Positions 49,181 through 63,192 of a stretch of 63,192 bases of DNA are shown here, piece after piece; within the stretch, counting starts at the first letter, position 1; each line of letters begins with the position of its first letter. The stretch is taken from contig NC_057719.1 in assembly GCF_004010195.1 (NCBI RefSeq), forward strand, positions 68,873,430 through 68,936,621, in the 5' to 3' direction. The position numbers and the translations under genes were made by a program. The notes under the pieces are model-generated. The model did no database searches and had not been told where the DNA came from. It saw nothing but the letters and a program-made list of their open reading frames with translations. This DNA comes from Chiloscyllium plagiosum. Taxonomy: Eukaryota.

Positions 49181-50954
49181 GGACTAAAGACAGGATGGAG
49201 AATTACGATTACCCAGCTACTGTAAATCCATTTCCTCCCCCTTTTTTGAAAGAACGAAAACAAAAGCAGAATTCCACCTGTGTTTATAGTAGCAGATCCA
49301 ACAGCGTGCAAAAGAAAGAACTTCAAATAACACTTTGGTCAACACTATGACTAGATTGTAACAAAGGGCTTCTTGTTCGTGGCCAAGTTTACTATTACGT
49401 TTATTGGCAACCGATAAAAGTAAAGCAGGAGAAAGGTGTTGCGTTTTACTGGATTTGTTGTTGATATTAATCTATGGAGTCAGCCAAAGGAAAGTCAATC
49501 AGCTTTTGTTTTAAATCTGTGCAGGTAGCATGAACAATAGTGTGTCTGAATTTTGATGTTAAATTTATAGTGCACAAAAATATATAGTTGTTTTCGTTTC
49601 ATAACTATTGTTAACTTTTTTCATCTTTATAATCATTTCCATTATTGTGTTGTTGATGAGCAGCAAGTGAGTCCTTAGACCGATAGTGCAATTATTTAAT
49701 GCTTAAGTCTTAATTTTTTTAACGCCACTTCCTTTCCACCTATAAAGAATTTTACACTGTGTAAGACAGCCTATCTCCTCAGGCATTTGCAAATCTTTTC
49801 CCAGTGGTGATTTTTCATGCATGTTCCTTGATTCTGTGTATGGGGTGTCATAACCAAGCTTGACCCCATTTTCACTGATCTCAGGTCGTGCACACTTTGT
49901 CAGATGGCCATAAGGGATAAAAGTCCTCTATGACTTTTGTCTCCCTGATCCTGAAGATATTGCGACACTTCTACCAACATCTATTCCAAAAATCAGCTGA
50001 TTCAACTGAGTCCAGGAATCAAGCATTGGATGGACATTCCTGATTTTTGTATGTCAGCTATCCACTGTGTTAATTCTCTAAGCCATAGAGAGCCAATTCT
50101 GAGATTATTACATGTAGCTTTACTTGTAGCTCAGCAGTGCATAAACAGAAAAAATGTTATGAACAACCTTTCTTTCTACTTAATTCAGCATTTGTACAAA
50201 AATAGAAAGGCACTTGCCTATTAAAGCTCAGTCTCCCCAGTGAGTCATTTTGATCTAGGACTTGAAAGTGTTATGAAGCATGCTTTAGAAGCTGTTAGAA
50301 AAGAGATTCATTTTCACTGGCTTTATATGTTGTGTAATAAATCCACGCAAGTTACTGCGCAGGTTGAACAACTTGAGATTTCCGAGGTAACTGAAGCTAT
50401 CTTGCTGATGAAGATAAATTATAGATGTTCTGTTTTTGTGTGTGAAATACCCATTTGATGGTTCTTTGAAGCAATTCAAGAATGGCCAAAGTTCGCTGCC
50501 ATCATTAACAAAGGTCCCATATTGTAAAGGTTATGATACCAAACTCACCACCGAGAAATATATCAACTTTAATTCAATAAATCTGGTCATTTGGGAGTTG
50601 GAAATTATGACCACCAAAGTTACTGTTTTGATATGGTCCACAAATGTTCATGAATGTATTTTAGAGAAGATTTTGACCCTGCCATCGAAGTTAATCTACA
50701 GTTTACTCTGATCGACTTTAATACCATCATTTGTGACCCAGCATGCTATCAGTTGATAAATGCACACTTAGCCAGCGGTGCTAGTATCCTGAGAATAATA
50801 TTTTCAAATGGTGCTTATCTTGTATGTGCATGTCCATATTCTCTCCTCCACAAATGTAATTTTTTGGTTTCTGTTTCCTTGCATTATAAGTTCTACTACT
50901 TCCTTGATCAAACTATGCACTGATATGGAACTAATCACTGATATGCTAAAATGG

Positions 50955-51405
50955 AAATATAGAAAATCCTTGCAGGTCTAGGCCATTGGGCCCTTTGAGC
51001 CTGCTACACTATTCATATGATCATGGCTGATCATCGAACTCAAAAACCTATTCCTACCTCTTCCTGGTATTCTTTGATCCCTTCAGCCCCAAGATCCATA
51101 TCTAATTCCTTCTTGAAATCATGCAGTGTTATGGCCTCAGCTGCTTTCTGTGGCAGTGAATTCCATGGGCTCACCATTCTCTGGGTGAAGAAATTTCTCC
51201 TAATGTGTCATAATTACTGTAGTGTACTCCAAATTCTTAGACTGTCACCGCTGGCTCTGGACTCCCCTGCAACCAGGAACGTCCTTCCTGAATTTACTAA
51301 TGTTAGAATTTTATACATTTCCACGAGTTCTTCCTCATTCTTTGAAACTCCTGTGAATGTATTCCCCAATCAATTCAACCACTCCTCATACGTCAGTCCC
51401 ACCAC
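50955..51405 (-). mobile_element. CR1 LINE 3' end
   Basis: atagaaaat...ggccattgggccctttgagcctgct tail and rc of the ORF2 C-terminus. Confidence 0.75.
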
Positions 51406-54400
51406 CCCATGCTTACACTCGTGTATTCACCTATTATGAAAATATCAATTTTCATCGATCTTGAGGATAAATCTACCTGCACATGATTGAATTTTGAATT
51501 GAGTGATGTAAATCCATTAATAACTGTTTTATGATATCAGAAAATCAGAGTAATTATTGACAACATAGTGACCTATGGAAGACTTTTACTACCCGAATAT
51601 GAGACTAAGTGCATTAGTTATAACTAATGTGACTGAATTTCATTATGAGGGTTTACATAGTCTTTATTTATGCCATGTTTAATAATGCAGTCTTTTCCAT
51701 ATAGTAAGTTAAAGCAATGTATTTGGTCCATCGTGACATGTTAATACAAGATATGTAGAAATGCACCTGAAAATAGCACTAATAAGCCTTGCCTTAAGCC
51801 TGGTATTCATGGTTTGAAAAGAAGCTGATTAAATTATTAATTACTCCAGCCCAGGATTATTTGGATAATGTGATTAACATGTCAAAATGTATTAATATTA
51901 AAAATTGTAAAGAAAACAAAAGAAACTATTTCACGTAATAAAAGTAAAATATTGCTGACTCTGGAAATCTGAAATTTTTTTAAAAAGGTGCTGGAAATAC
52001 TCATCAAGGTATGGCAATATCGGAGGAAAGTTCACATTTCAAGTCAAATATGATTTTTCTTCATAGCAGAAAAATGTTAGAATGACGGGTTTTATAACAT
52101 TGAAAGCTGAAGAGGGTATGGAATATGTATACTGTAGGAGAGATTAAGTGACAAAGGTATCATTGCAGAAAAGCATTGTGAATGGTAATGGCTGCAGTAA
52201 AGAACATATTGAAGCAAAGAATCTGGTCATAGTGAATTATGTTGCTTTACTTGCTGTTTATGTTGCATGTACATAGTACATCTATAAATAATAAGTCTGA
52301 AAACAGTCACAGATGTAAAACACTTTTTAAAAATTTGGACTAAAGAAATATTTCTTCTATCCCAGTTGGGACCACTGTTATTCTTTTTATTATAAAACTA
52401 ACCCAAAAGGTAAGACATTATATGGTTCTGTCTGTGACTGTGGAGATATAAATGAGATCATATACTCAAGAGTTGATCTTGTGCCAATTTCTCATTTTAC
52501 CAACTGCAATATAACTACATCAGTAGAAAGTAGAAACATTTAATTTATCTCTTTTTATTGAATGTGTGCCATTTCGTGCCAGGATTTCCAGTCATAAGAA
52601 CTAAAAAGGTAATATGAGAGGTAGCATAAATCACAATTGATGCGAACTCTAGAACATATTTGTGCAGACTTTTAAGTGGGGTTAGTTCATTGCACAATAG
52701 CAGTGCAAAAGCCTGGTATATTGTGGCACTTAGGTCATGATTCCAGTCGACTTAGTACAGGATGACGTGGGTATTAAGTAATACAATACAATAATGACTT
52801 TAATAACATACTCCTAGCTATATGAACTTAATTTCTGCTCAATCTTCATCTCTCCTTAATGTTTTTTTTTTCCAGCTCATAGTCAGCAAACAGGCCTGAA
52901 ATTCATGCGTAAGAATATCACTTATTGCACAGGATTTTGTAAACGCTGAAATAACTGAATTGTATTCATTGTATGAGTTCAGTATTCAAACAGGTATATT
53001 GGTAGTTGAAATAAGGGAAACCTTGATGTATGTGAGATCTCTGACATTGCAAAGTTGTTACACATGCAATATAAGAATACTCAAGCTGCTCTAAGTAATT
53101 ATTATCTTAATCGTTTTAGACATTTTATGGAAACATAACCTTGGATTAGACCTGACACAGTGAAGCGAAAGTGGTGTGTTTTATCCTGGGTTGCAAACTG
53201 TGGAGGAAACAGCAGTGGGCTGCCTCTTGAGTAGAGAGAGCAGTGCACTGAAGCAGCCACTCAAGGACACTATGTTCCAATGTGCTTTAATGACAATGTT
53301 GTGCACTTTATTCCAAACAAAGGTTTTTTTTTATATGCAAACATATTTAAGTTATTGTAGTGTACATAAACATATGTTCTCTGTGTGCAAGAAAACTGAT
53401 GTTTCCATTTAGTCTGATGCTGGCTGTACATATACATTAAACATAATATATTTGTATAAAGTCGTCATCAAAAGCTATGAGTTAAACCAGCAGCTGATTG
53501 CATAAAATGCTTTGAAGTTGTTTAATTATCTTCAAGATATTACATTCTGTCAAATAAAATTATATTTACAACTTACATTTCATTCAAAAGCAGTAATTTA
53601 AGGAAGGGTACCTTGAGCAGTTACCTGATCGTTTTTTTTGTAAATAACGACGCGCAGTGAATAGGACATTTTTATTTAATTTTGTTTTTATTTTCAATTG
53701 GCCATAGTTTGCCCAAATCGAGTTTGTACATTTTTTTGGATAATCTGGGTGAGATAAACTGCTAGTTAGCTGTTAGTAAGAGGCTCAAAGGGAATCAATA
53801 GCCAAATTTTCACCGCACCTGATCTTTCCATTGAAATTCATAAAACAACACTTCAGGCTCCTTTCAGAGACTCGTTTCATGACCTCACTATAACTTGGTT
53901 TGAAATGAAAATTCTTGAAATCGTAAATAAAAATTGTGTAGCTGGCTGCCAAATTGCTCGAAGCTTGTTTTGCACTGCCAGCACCAAACAGTTGAGACAA
54001 TCATGTATGACCTGGAAAATATATGAATGCAGGCTAAGCAGAAATGACAATTTCCGTCTGCCAACTACTGATTATAGTTTAACTGTTATTCAGGTGTTTT
54101 AGAACAATGCAGGTAGCTTAATCTCTAGCCTCCTGCATTCAGACAAAGCCTAAGGCAACGTTTCATAAAATTGACTAACAGCAAATTTGTAAAAAAACAT
54201 TTATGCGTTTTATTGGATTATAAAGTTAACCATGTGTACTTATCTCTGTGGTGAGAGAAATAAAACTGTGGACTTAAAGAGCCTCATGGATTGTATTTTA
54301 ATTTCAATTTGGGAATTTTTGAAATGGTTGTCAGTATGTCTGGAGATGGAAATTAGAGGCAGTTCATGTGATGCACAGGGAGCACTAAAGTACCTATAAA

Positions 54401-54664
54401 AATCTTGAGCAATGAGATGATAAAACTTAAAATATGTTTGGAAAGAAAAATCTCATGAATCTCACATTATTGCCTGAATAAAATGGGCAAGGTTGGGAGA
54501 CCCATTTATTCCAATGGTAAGAAAGATTTTGATAATGGCCATGTTCAGTGATTACCTCAAGTAATCACTACCTGTTTGCATTACTTGTTCCAGAAGCATT
54601 ATCAACCAAGATCATCCAAATAAATGTGCAAACTTGAATTGGCAAATTAAGAAGGTTTTTTCAT

Positions 54665-55418
54665 TGATACAGTGTCTTTTACAATCTCAGATCACCTCAA
54701 AGTGTTTCATAGTTAATTCAGTACTTATATTTTAATTCACTTTTAAGAGAATCAACCACAGTGCCATGGGTCTGGAGTTACATGTAGGCCAGACTAGATA
54801 AGGATGCAATTTGCTTTCATAAAGGATATATGCAAACTGTTGGTTTTCCCAACAATTGGCATTGGATTCATGGTCATTATTAAACCCTTAATTCCAGATT
54901 CTTTATTGAATTCAAATTCCACCATCTGCTAGGGCAGGTTTCAAATCTGGGTCCTCAGAACATTAGTTGAGTTTCTGGATTAAGAGTCGAGCAATAGTAC
55001 CACGAGACCATTGCCTCCCCAACATTTGAAATGAAATTAATGTTGTAATGTAGCAAGATTGGTGACCAGTGTCCACAAAGTAAGGTCTCTCAAACAGTAA
55101 TGAAATAAATGATCAGATGATCCATTTCAGGTGTGGACTGAGGCATGAATATTGACCAGAGAAACCAACTTCACCACCACCAGCAGCAGTGCCAGCTCTT
55201 GTTTGAACCCCGGCCTAGGATATTTGATGTGACTTGAGAGTGTAGACAGGGCTTTGATTTAGTGTTTCATCCAAGAAACAAAATAGTGTATGTGATATGG
55301 CAGCCCTCCTTCAATGCAGCCCAATGACTTTGATTGTGTGCTCAGGTTTCGAGTGCAATTGGAGCCTACAACCTTCTGACTGTGAAGTGAGAGCACTACT
55401 ACTGAGCTCCAGCTGACA
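54665..55418 (-). mobile_element. Old DeuSINE-like element interrupted by a second SINE (54745-55021)
   Basis: gacagggctttgatttagtgtttcatcc...gtgctcagg...acaaccttctgac...actgagc resembles the recalled Deu-domain and tRNA-like head in reverse. Confidence 0.5.
54745..55021 (-). mobile_element. Second SINE family copy
   Basis: gggtctggagttacatgtaggccagac...gaattcaaattccaccatctgc...attgcctccc. Confidence 0.7.
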
Positions 55419-56914
55419 TAACATTAGCAGCTTCCGTGCAAGTGATAATTGAAATCAACCCAGAAATTGATGTAACATACAGTTTAAACAGTTTTATTCA
55501 ACTGACCAAAAAAAAATGAAGATGTGGTTGAAGTTAGAAATATAACATTGATGTAGATTAACTATTGCTGAACAAAACTAAATGCAGAGCTTGAGTTTTC
55601 AATCCGTTTGGGAAAGTTGCTATTTATGATATTTAAACTATATTGACACAGATATGCTATTGTATAAGAAAAGTCTTAACGGCTTAAAGCTCTTTTTTTC
55701 ATTCAAAACAAAATACATTTCAGTACTTTGATACAAGTTCTGAATTGCTGAAAATGTCCAGACCGTAGATCATAACCCAGGATCACCTATATGTTGAACT
55801 CTAATTCCAACATATGTTTTTTAAGGAGGACGATGAATATAAATTCAGTGGTTTTCTGTAGAGAGAGGCACCAGAATGTCACACTAGATGAGATGCTTTA
55901 AAGGGATGGATTTAAAACAAAGAAAACGCACTTCAGACTAAATTGTAATCTGGAAGTTACCTGAAACTGTGATGGGAGAAAATAAACAGTAGCCTGGGCA
56001 AGAGCCATATTTGGTATCGTCCCCTTTCATGAATACACAAATTCAGAGTTAAAAGCCAGTTCAACCCTGGTCTGTGTGTGGTAGTGAGCTGAGGTTTCAA
56101 TGCCTGGGTTCAAGCACTAGTATGCTCTGAAGTTCATAATTCAAGAATCACCAAATAGTCACCACTACATTGCACAGCTCTTGCTCTGAGGCCTAGAAAC
56201 CAGTTAGTCAGCAAGCCAGTGAAATGGAGAGAGGACAAAAGAATTTCAGTCAATCTGTAAAGCCAAGAGTCTGAACATCAACTGTTATATATGTGTTGCA
56301 TTATTATTTCCTCTCATATTTGGTAACTAATAAACTTGCTTATATGTTAAGAATAATTGGTTAAACTGGCTCCTTTTAAACATAAGGCAATTTGGTCCAT
56401 GGGGATATGTGTCCACAAGAGAGGGTTGTATGGAAATTGACCTTTTTGCAACCAACTTTTGTCAAAAAAGGTGAATAAATAAGGAAGTGGAGTCAGTACA
56501 TTTTTTTCTCACCCATGAGCTTGTCAATTGGTGGTATCCTGTCTGTGACCATAATAACTTGGGGAATCTCACCAGGGGTCTGCTGCTAATAGTGTAAAAT
56601 GCTGATCAAGAGTGAATGGAGCCATGCAAGAAGACTGAGTTTACAGCACAGTGTAATTGTTATTTGCACTTGCACTGGGTGGGTTACCTTACCACAAATA
56701 TGAATTTGAGAAATAACTGCTGACAGGTTTACCAGCGTTATATTTGTAAATCCAGAGTTGTTAGGTAGCTTTATTCTGGAGCAAAGTGCACTGAGGATTT
56801 TCCTTCCAGGCAGTCTCATTCTGCATTAGACTTGTGTAAGGTTGGTGAACTCACTTTTGCATCAGTGCTACAGTAGTAATATAACACATCCTTAGATATA
56901 TGTTTAGTGCAAGT

Positions 56915-57110
56915 TCCCCTCCAAGCCACTTACTGTCCTGACTTGGAAGCACATCACTGGGCCTAGTGTACCTCCCTAATTGCACTGTAGGTCTACCTAC
57001 AGCACATAACACTGCAACAGTTCAAGAAGGTAGGTCACTTAATGTCAGCTAGGGACATGCAATAAATTCTGGCCAAGGGACACCCACATCCACGGATGAT
57101 TTTTTTAAAA
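56915..57110 (+). mobile_element. LINE 3' tail related to the second SINE family's tail
   Basis: ctagggacatgcaataaattctggcc...cacccacatcc...gatg resembles the reverse complement of 6520-6580. Confidence 0.5.
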
Positions 57111-58320
57111 GTTGTTTTGCAATCATTAAAACTGACAATGCAAGTTAGCAATTCAATTGATTCCTCTATTCAAATTTGCTGAGCTCATATTTTTTGGGTT
57201 CTTATTTTTAAAACTAAATTCTCAATCTATTGTAGTATTTATGTTTCTAATTCTGTTCAATGGTTAATGGTTTAGTGCAATAAATCCCACTGTGTAGCTT
57301 GTGTGAGAAAGGGTAATCATTAAAGCATTAAAGTTAGTTAGATAATTAGCAAGATATTTGACATGAAGTAAACTATTAGATGTATGTGCACTATCTAATT
57401 CAGTGCAACAATTAGGATTATTAAATTTTAAATCAACCAATTTAACATTGAGTTTAATTTATTTGAGTCCCAGCTGTGTGAGGAGAGATGAGCCAAGAAA
57501 GAAAGATTGGTTTGTTCTTAATACGTTCCACACAATAATGACTTTGAGATATGAAGTATTTAAAACAGCATTCAGTTAGAAATGTGATTCTTTCACAGGA
57601 ACATGGGAGCAGAAGTAGACCCTTTGGCTCATCAAGCCTACTCATCCATTTTAAATCATGGCTGATCATAAGTCACCATGTGTTTTATGCAGTAAAGCAG
57701 GAGGTAGGATAAGGTCTGCAGCTTCACATGTCCAATTTTGGCTGTGGTTGATTGTTATCTCCAGATAAAAAGCAAGTTTTTTTTTCTGAAAAAATGTGTT
57801 TGATAAATAAAGCCTTCAGAACAACCACCATAGGTCATCCACTTCACAACCCAATTAAACCTGAGCCAACTTTCTGGCTTGCCAACTGGTTAAATTTGAT
57901 GTATGGAAGAATTATTTGAGAAGTAAAAAAATCATGCAGGATGGGATGTGCGAAAAACACTATATTTACAAGTGATACTTTAAAATCTTTTGTCATTTTT
58001 CAGTTCATTTACTCTAACTGTCTACATCAATGCAAGGCAAATCGCAAATAATTCAGAGGCCAAGCAAAGCAACATAAATTGAATAAAACAGATGTCAATT
58101 GAGTTCTCAACTTTAGCACATTTTAATTTGCTGTTGATACCTATTACTTGTTCCCTTTCAGTTCTGTGATATGTTGAATTTTACAAAAAAATAGATTTTT
58201 ATGAAATAAATATCCTGTAGCATCTACATCAATACTTAAAAAGCAGATATACAGTTGTACAAGCCACTAAATCAACATACGTTTATTATCAGCTCTGGTG
58301 TTGGAGATTCAGTGGATATT

Positions 58321-58335
58321 GCTGCCATCTAGTGC
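58321..58335 (-). promoter_or_regulatory. Candidate CTCF site
   Basis: GCACTAGATGGCAGC on the minus strand versus consensus CCACYAGRKGGCRS; motif match only. Confidence 0.4.
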
Positions 58336-60934
58336 AGGGGTGGTGGTGTAACACCTTGTCAGATAATTCACAGCAGTTTCTCATTTGAAAGAAAGTCCTT
58401 CCATGAATTTAAACTGTATTGAAAAACAGAGCTGAAAATATGTTTTGAGGAAAATAATACAGAAAAAGAACAAAACAGCAATGTTATCATCTGTGATTTA
58501 AATTTTAAAAGCTTTGAAGACAAATGACAGCAAATAATGTGAAACCTAGAAATTAGCAACTATATTGATAATGCAAATTATGCAACTGTATTCATATTAT
58601 CTGTAACGCAAGTAGATTAACTAAATTTTCAAAATGTATTGGCTGCAATGTTATTTAATTCACAGAACCAAAGTTTGGAAGATAGTTTTAGTATAAATAA
58701 AAATTAAATATCTTATACAACATGTCAGCATAAGTATCATTTATTGTTGGTTAATGATTTTTATGTTTTCTTTCCAAGATATACAATTCATAATTATGTT
58801 CTTTCTGCCTTTGTTTGTACTATAATCATGGTAATTTTGCATCTGTAAATATGCTTGAGCAGAAATGAAAGTTCACAGCTCGGGGCTACAGATAGATTTG
58901 CAGACTAACAGTGCACTTGAGAATGGTGTATGTGTTTAGTAATTCAACTAATTTGAAGATTCCCAGAAGGTTAATCTCAATTCAAAGGAAATCTAATTGC
59001 AGCTTTTCTGTTGCTAATTCATTTGATCTTTGAGCCTACAATGTGCAATAACTGACAGCTTCATATTTGCTTAAAGATCATCTGTCACCTAATGCATTCC
59101 TATAACTACTATCAGCCAAGGAATAGTATGTGACCTTTGAACTTCGCCAGGTCACAAATGCCACTTCTCTATGACCTCAGTGGAATACCTGGGACCTTAA
59201 AATTGCTGTTACAGCTCTTTAACAGATTCTCTAAGATTTTCCTATCTTGCAACTTTCTATCTCAGTTCTTTCCTTTCGCTATATGAGAGTTCTACTGTGT
59301 CTATAAGCAAATCTGTGAAATAAAGCAAACCTTTCCAAATCTGCCCAGCTTCAAAATTTAAACAGGACAAGGCTCCAATTTAAGAAATACAAATGCAAAT
59401 TGGCTGGAGATTGAAAGACTGAATGGGTGTGGAGTATGGCAAGTATCCAGCAAGCTGCAGTTTGGAACTCTCAAATTTACAGTACCAGGCATGAAGCTAA
59501 TGGATTGCTTGTTTTGATTTATTTTAACTTTTCCATAATAACTGGTGTTGAGTCTTTTATTGCAGTCTATGCCTTGTAGAGATTAGTGGTTGTCTTGAGG
59601 AAAGAAATATGCTAAAATTCACAAAGCACTTAAATCGTTACAAATCTCAGGACAAGTGCACCGTGAAGGGTGAAGAATGAAGGGGAGGATAGCTACAAGA
59701 CAGTAACTCTTGCATCTTGCTGCATATCTCCACACTTTCAAAACTCTCCCCAAAATATGTTACAAGATGTTAAAGACTTCTTGATTTTAGTTTGATCCTA
59801 CATAATACCTGTTCCCTCGTGACCTTAACAAATTTCATTAAGTCCACAATCCCCAATTTATAGGAACAGGTGTAAGCCATTCAGCTCCTTAAGCTTATCC
59901 AGTTCTGCTTTTAAGATTCTGCACCTCCTTGTTTGAATTCGCCCACTGAAGGAAATAGTTTCTCTCAGTCTCAATCAAAGTCTTCAGCAATCTAAAACAC
60001 CTCAAACAAATCACTGTTTAATCTTCTGTATTTAAGGGAATCCAAAGCCCAATCTATGCAACCAATCTATGTCTTCATAATTTAACTCCTATAGTGTCAG
60101 CACCATTCTAGTGAATTTGTGCTTCACTTCCTTCAACTTGTTCAATATTCCCACCTTGTCCTGCTGTCCATCTGCAATCTGGCTCAACAGTGAAGGACCT
60201 CAGGATAATCACTACCCATTCCTTTCTATAAGTTATGAAACTTATAGTTAAAAAGTTAATATTAGAGGATGGCAGTATCTTCATTCCAGAGTCTCAGGTG
60301 ATTTACAGCCAACTAGTAACTATAGTTCCTTAGTGTTATTAGTGTTTGCAGTAGGTTCATCTTAATGTAAAATAAACGTATCAACATAGGTTTTATAGAT
60401 TTTAATTTCTTTCACTGTTAGGTACTGTTCTTAGGAACCTCTGCAGTATGAATAATATGAAATATATAAACTCGATAACATCAAATCTATAGCATTCAAG
60501 ATTGGTAGCCTGCTTAATTCTGTTTTTTGCACACGAACTGTACACAGGAATTAGGAGCAGGAGAAGGCTATTTGGGTCTTTAAGCCTGTTTCACTTAATA
60601 AAATCCTGACTGACCTGATTGCAGCTTCAATTTCAAATTCTTTCCTATCTCCTACATCCTCTGACTCCATTGAATTTGATAGATTCTTGCTTGACAATCT
60701 TAAAAATAATCAAGACCTTCCTCCACTCTTCTCAGGGGAAGAGAAATCCACAGACTTTCAATTCAAATTTAAAGATAAACGTATTGTAGATGATTCTGCA
60801 TAGAAAAGTAGTCAAATTTAGTTAACTAGTATAAAGCAAACAAATTATTCACTTCTGCCATTATTCTGTTCTGATGGAGAATTGTATATGATGAAAACTC
60901 AAAACATTAATTGTTTCTCTCACCTCCACTGGGT

Positions 60935-61550
60935 AGATTCACTGGGATGTACAGCATGGAAACAGACCCTTCAGTCCAACTCATCCATGCTGACCAGATA
61001 TCCTAAATTAATCTAGTCCCATTGCCAGCATTTGTCCCATATCCTTCTAAAAGCTTCTTACTCATGTACCCATCCCCAAGCCTTTTAAATGTTGTAATTG
61101 TACCAGCCTCCACCACTTCCTCCAGCAGCTCATTCCATACATGCATAACCCTCTGCATGAAAATCCCTTAGGACCCTTTTAAATTTTTCCCTCTCACCTT
61201 AAGCCTATGCCCTCTAGTTTTGGACACCACCATCCTGGAGAAACAACCTTGTCTATTGACCCTATCCATGCCCCTCATGATTTTATAGATCTCTCTAAAG
61301 TCATCCCTTAGCCTCTGATGGTCCAGGGAAAATAGCCCCAGCCTAATCCACCTGTCCCAATAGATCAAACCATGCAAACCTGGCAATATCCTTGTAAATA
61401 TTTTTTCAACCTTTTCAAGGTTCACAACATCCTTTAGCAGAGAGAAACCATTGTGTGCATTATTTCAAAAGTGGCTTAACCAATGTCTTCTACAGTTGCA
61501 ACATGACCTCCCAATTCCTATACTCAATGTACTGACCAATAAAGGCAAGA
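60935..61550 (-). mobile_element. CR1 LINE 3' end
   Basis: ORF 61168..61425: LEKVEKIFTRILPGL...LGLFSLDHQRLRDDFREIYKIMRGMDRV. Confidence 0.9.
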
Positions 61551-62529
61551 AAGAGGATTCTGAGTAATCTAAGATGGAGGATGGGAAAAATGGCAGCTGT
61601 AAGAGCTGCTCCTTTTTTGAGATATTTTCAGTGTTGAAACTGATTTCCTCTAATTTGAGGTGCAATGGTTACTGTTTTATATGCTGTTGCATTGTTTTTG
61701 GAACTTTGGGGGAAAAAAGATCAAAACAACTGCACTTTAAAAAGGAGGAAGACAGACAAAGTCAGTGCCCACATGGGAAGTGAATCAAACAGTGAAATAA
61801 ATCTGCACTGCTGTCTGACCCAGCAGTGAATCTGCACAGCTGACTGTTCGGCTTGATTTCAAGTATCGCTGGACATGGGAGTTATCTAAGAAAAATTAAC
61901 AGCTAAATTCACAGCTGACCTTGGAGAAACCTGTGTAGTAGAGCTCAGAGCAGAGGAGCAGCGAAGTGGCTTTTTAAAGTGTAATTTTTAGTGAGTTTTT
62001 TTGTAAATCTGCAATAATGAGTAGAGTGGGTTCCTTTTTGATGATATGTTATTTTGAGATGATGCCAGACCTACTGAGCATTTTGTGTTTTTATTATAAA
62101 TTGTTAATTTGCCTTGCCTTTCCCACCTTATGCAATGTTAGCAGTACTAAAGAACTGCTGGTATGTCAAAATTTGTTATCTCACAGCATGTTCTGATGAT
62201 TCAAGAGAATCGTTGAACATCCCATTTTGGTATTCAAGGAGGATCAAGGGGTTCTCCATGTCTGTTCACCAATTTTCCTTGCTCAAAATCGATAAACTCA
62301 TCTTTTAGCTCCTTGCCTTTGTTGGAAGTAGCCACAATATTTGGCTGTGTGACCACATTCAACATGTGAAGTATCTTTACACATTTCAACATGACATGGT
62401 GCTATGCAAGTGTAGCTTTTCCATATTTATTGTCAGTTGAAATAGTGTTTGAATCCTATTGATCACTCAGTGATTAATGTGCTATTATTTTTCCTGTACA
62501 TAAACAAATATTAAGCAAATCAATAAAAG

Positions 62530-62652
62530 CAACATACTGTGAATTCTCGAAATCTGAAGCAAAGAAAATGCAGAGAAACTCAACAGGTCTGGTAACATCT
62601 GTGGATAGAGAAGCAGAGTTAACGTTTTGAATCCAATGTGACTTCTTCAGAG
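62530..62652 (-). mobile_element. Single-arm Penelope terminal-repeat fragment
   Basis: Minus strand ctctgaagaagtcacattggattcaaaacgttaactctg...gatgttaccagacctg, the same family as 2165-2260 and 23617-23728. Confidence 0.65.
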
Positions 62653-63192
62653 GTTAAACATGCAAGGGATAACTATTGACACTTGCCTGACCTGAGTGCT
62701 GGTCTAAAGGTGGTGCTTACTCGTAATGATCAGGAAACACATCTCAGTCTTTCTTTTTGACTGTGAGAAATAGAAAGAGAGAATCTAGGACAAGAGCTAT
62801 CAATTGTTAAAAGCTTTATTGTATAGCAGGAAAATTGCTACCTAAGTTAATTACTGCAGGTAGCAATTGAAAACCTCGGAGAAGTGATCGGCAAAGCTAC
62901 ATCATATGAAAGGGGACAAATCTTTGATCTCAGAGCTAAGATTTCAGACAATTCATAACATTTTGAACCATTGTGTCTCGAAATGCATTTTTGAACTTCT
63001 GAACCTTTTTTTAAAGTAAAGGATAAATGTAGCAGTAACCACGAGAACCTATATAAAGATCAACTGTTTTTGTTTTGTTTGTATGCTGTAGTGTGTACAC
63101 ACAGAGTACACCAGGAAAATGTATATAAACTAAGAACACTATTAAGATATTTACCCTGGTGCTTCTAATAATTATTTGTCCTCTGTGCTATT

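Noticed and set aside
49006..49350. 114-aa ORF overlapping the terminal exon
   Set aside because: It is in a different frame from the DPH6-like, phase-compatible reading, and it has no recognisable motifs.
50220..50581. ATTAAA/AATAAA hexamers (50220, 50336, 50576) as the DPH6 poly(A) signal
   Set aside because: These hexamers are common in AT-rich DNA, and the transcript end cannot be fixed without 3'-end data.

Overview
Eukaryotic, repeat-rich, AT-rich vertebrate genomic DNA, almost certainly from a shark or other elasmobranch (inferred from about nine HE1-type V-SINE copies and abundant CR1-type LINEs). The only protein-coding gene I can support is the 3' end of DPH6 (diphthine--ammonia ligase) in its long form with RidA/YjgF-like domains, on the + strand. 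It has a 397-nt penultimate coding exon (17806-18202), a 30,859-nt GT-AG phase-1 intron, and a terminal coding exon (49062-49180) that the ORF track misses. The rest is intron or downstream flank filled with degraded CR1 LINEs, two Penelope-like element (PLE) relics, SINEs and nested insertions. Two observations stand out. (1) A family of short (about 130-220 bp) Penelope-derived fold-back elements has 8-17 bp target-site duplications and a hairpin turn centred on a minimal type-I hammerhead-ribozyme-like core, with stem covariation between subfamilies. (2) The DPH6 C-terminus carries two successive RidA-like signatures, both lacking the catalytic Arg, which suggests a single-chain Rid pseudo-trimer. 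All family assignments come from recalled consensus motifs, not database searches, and repeat boundaries are approximate.
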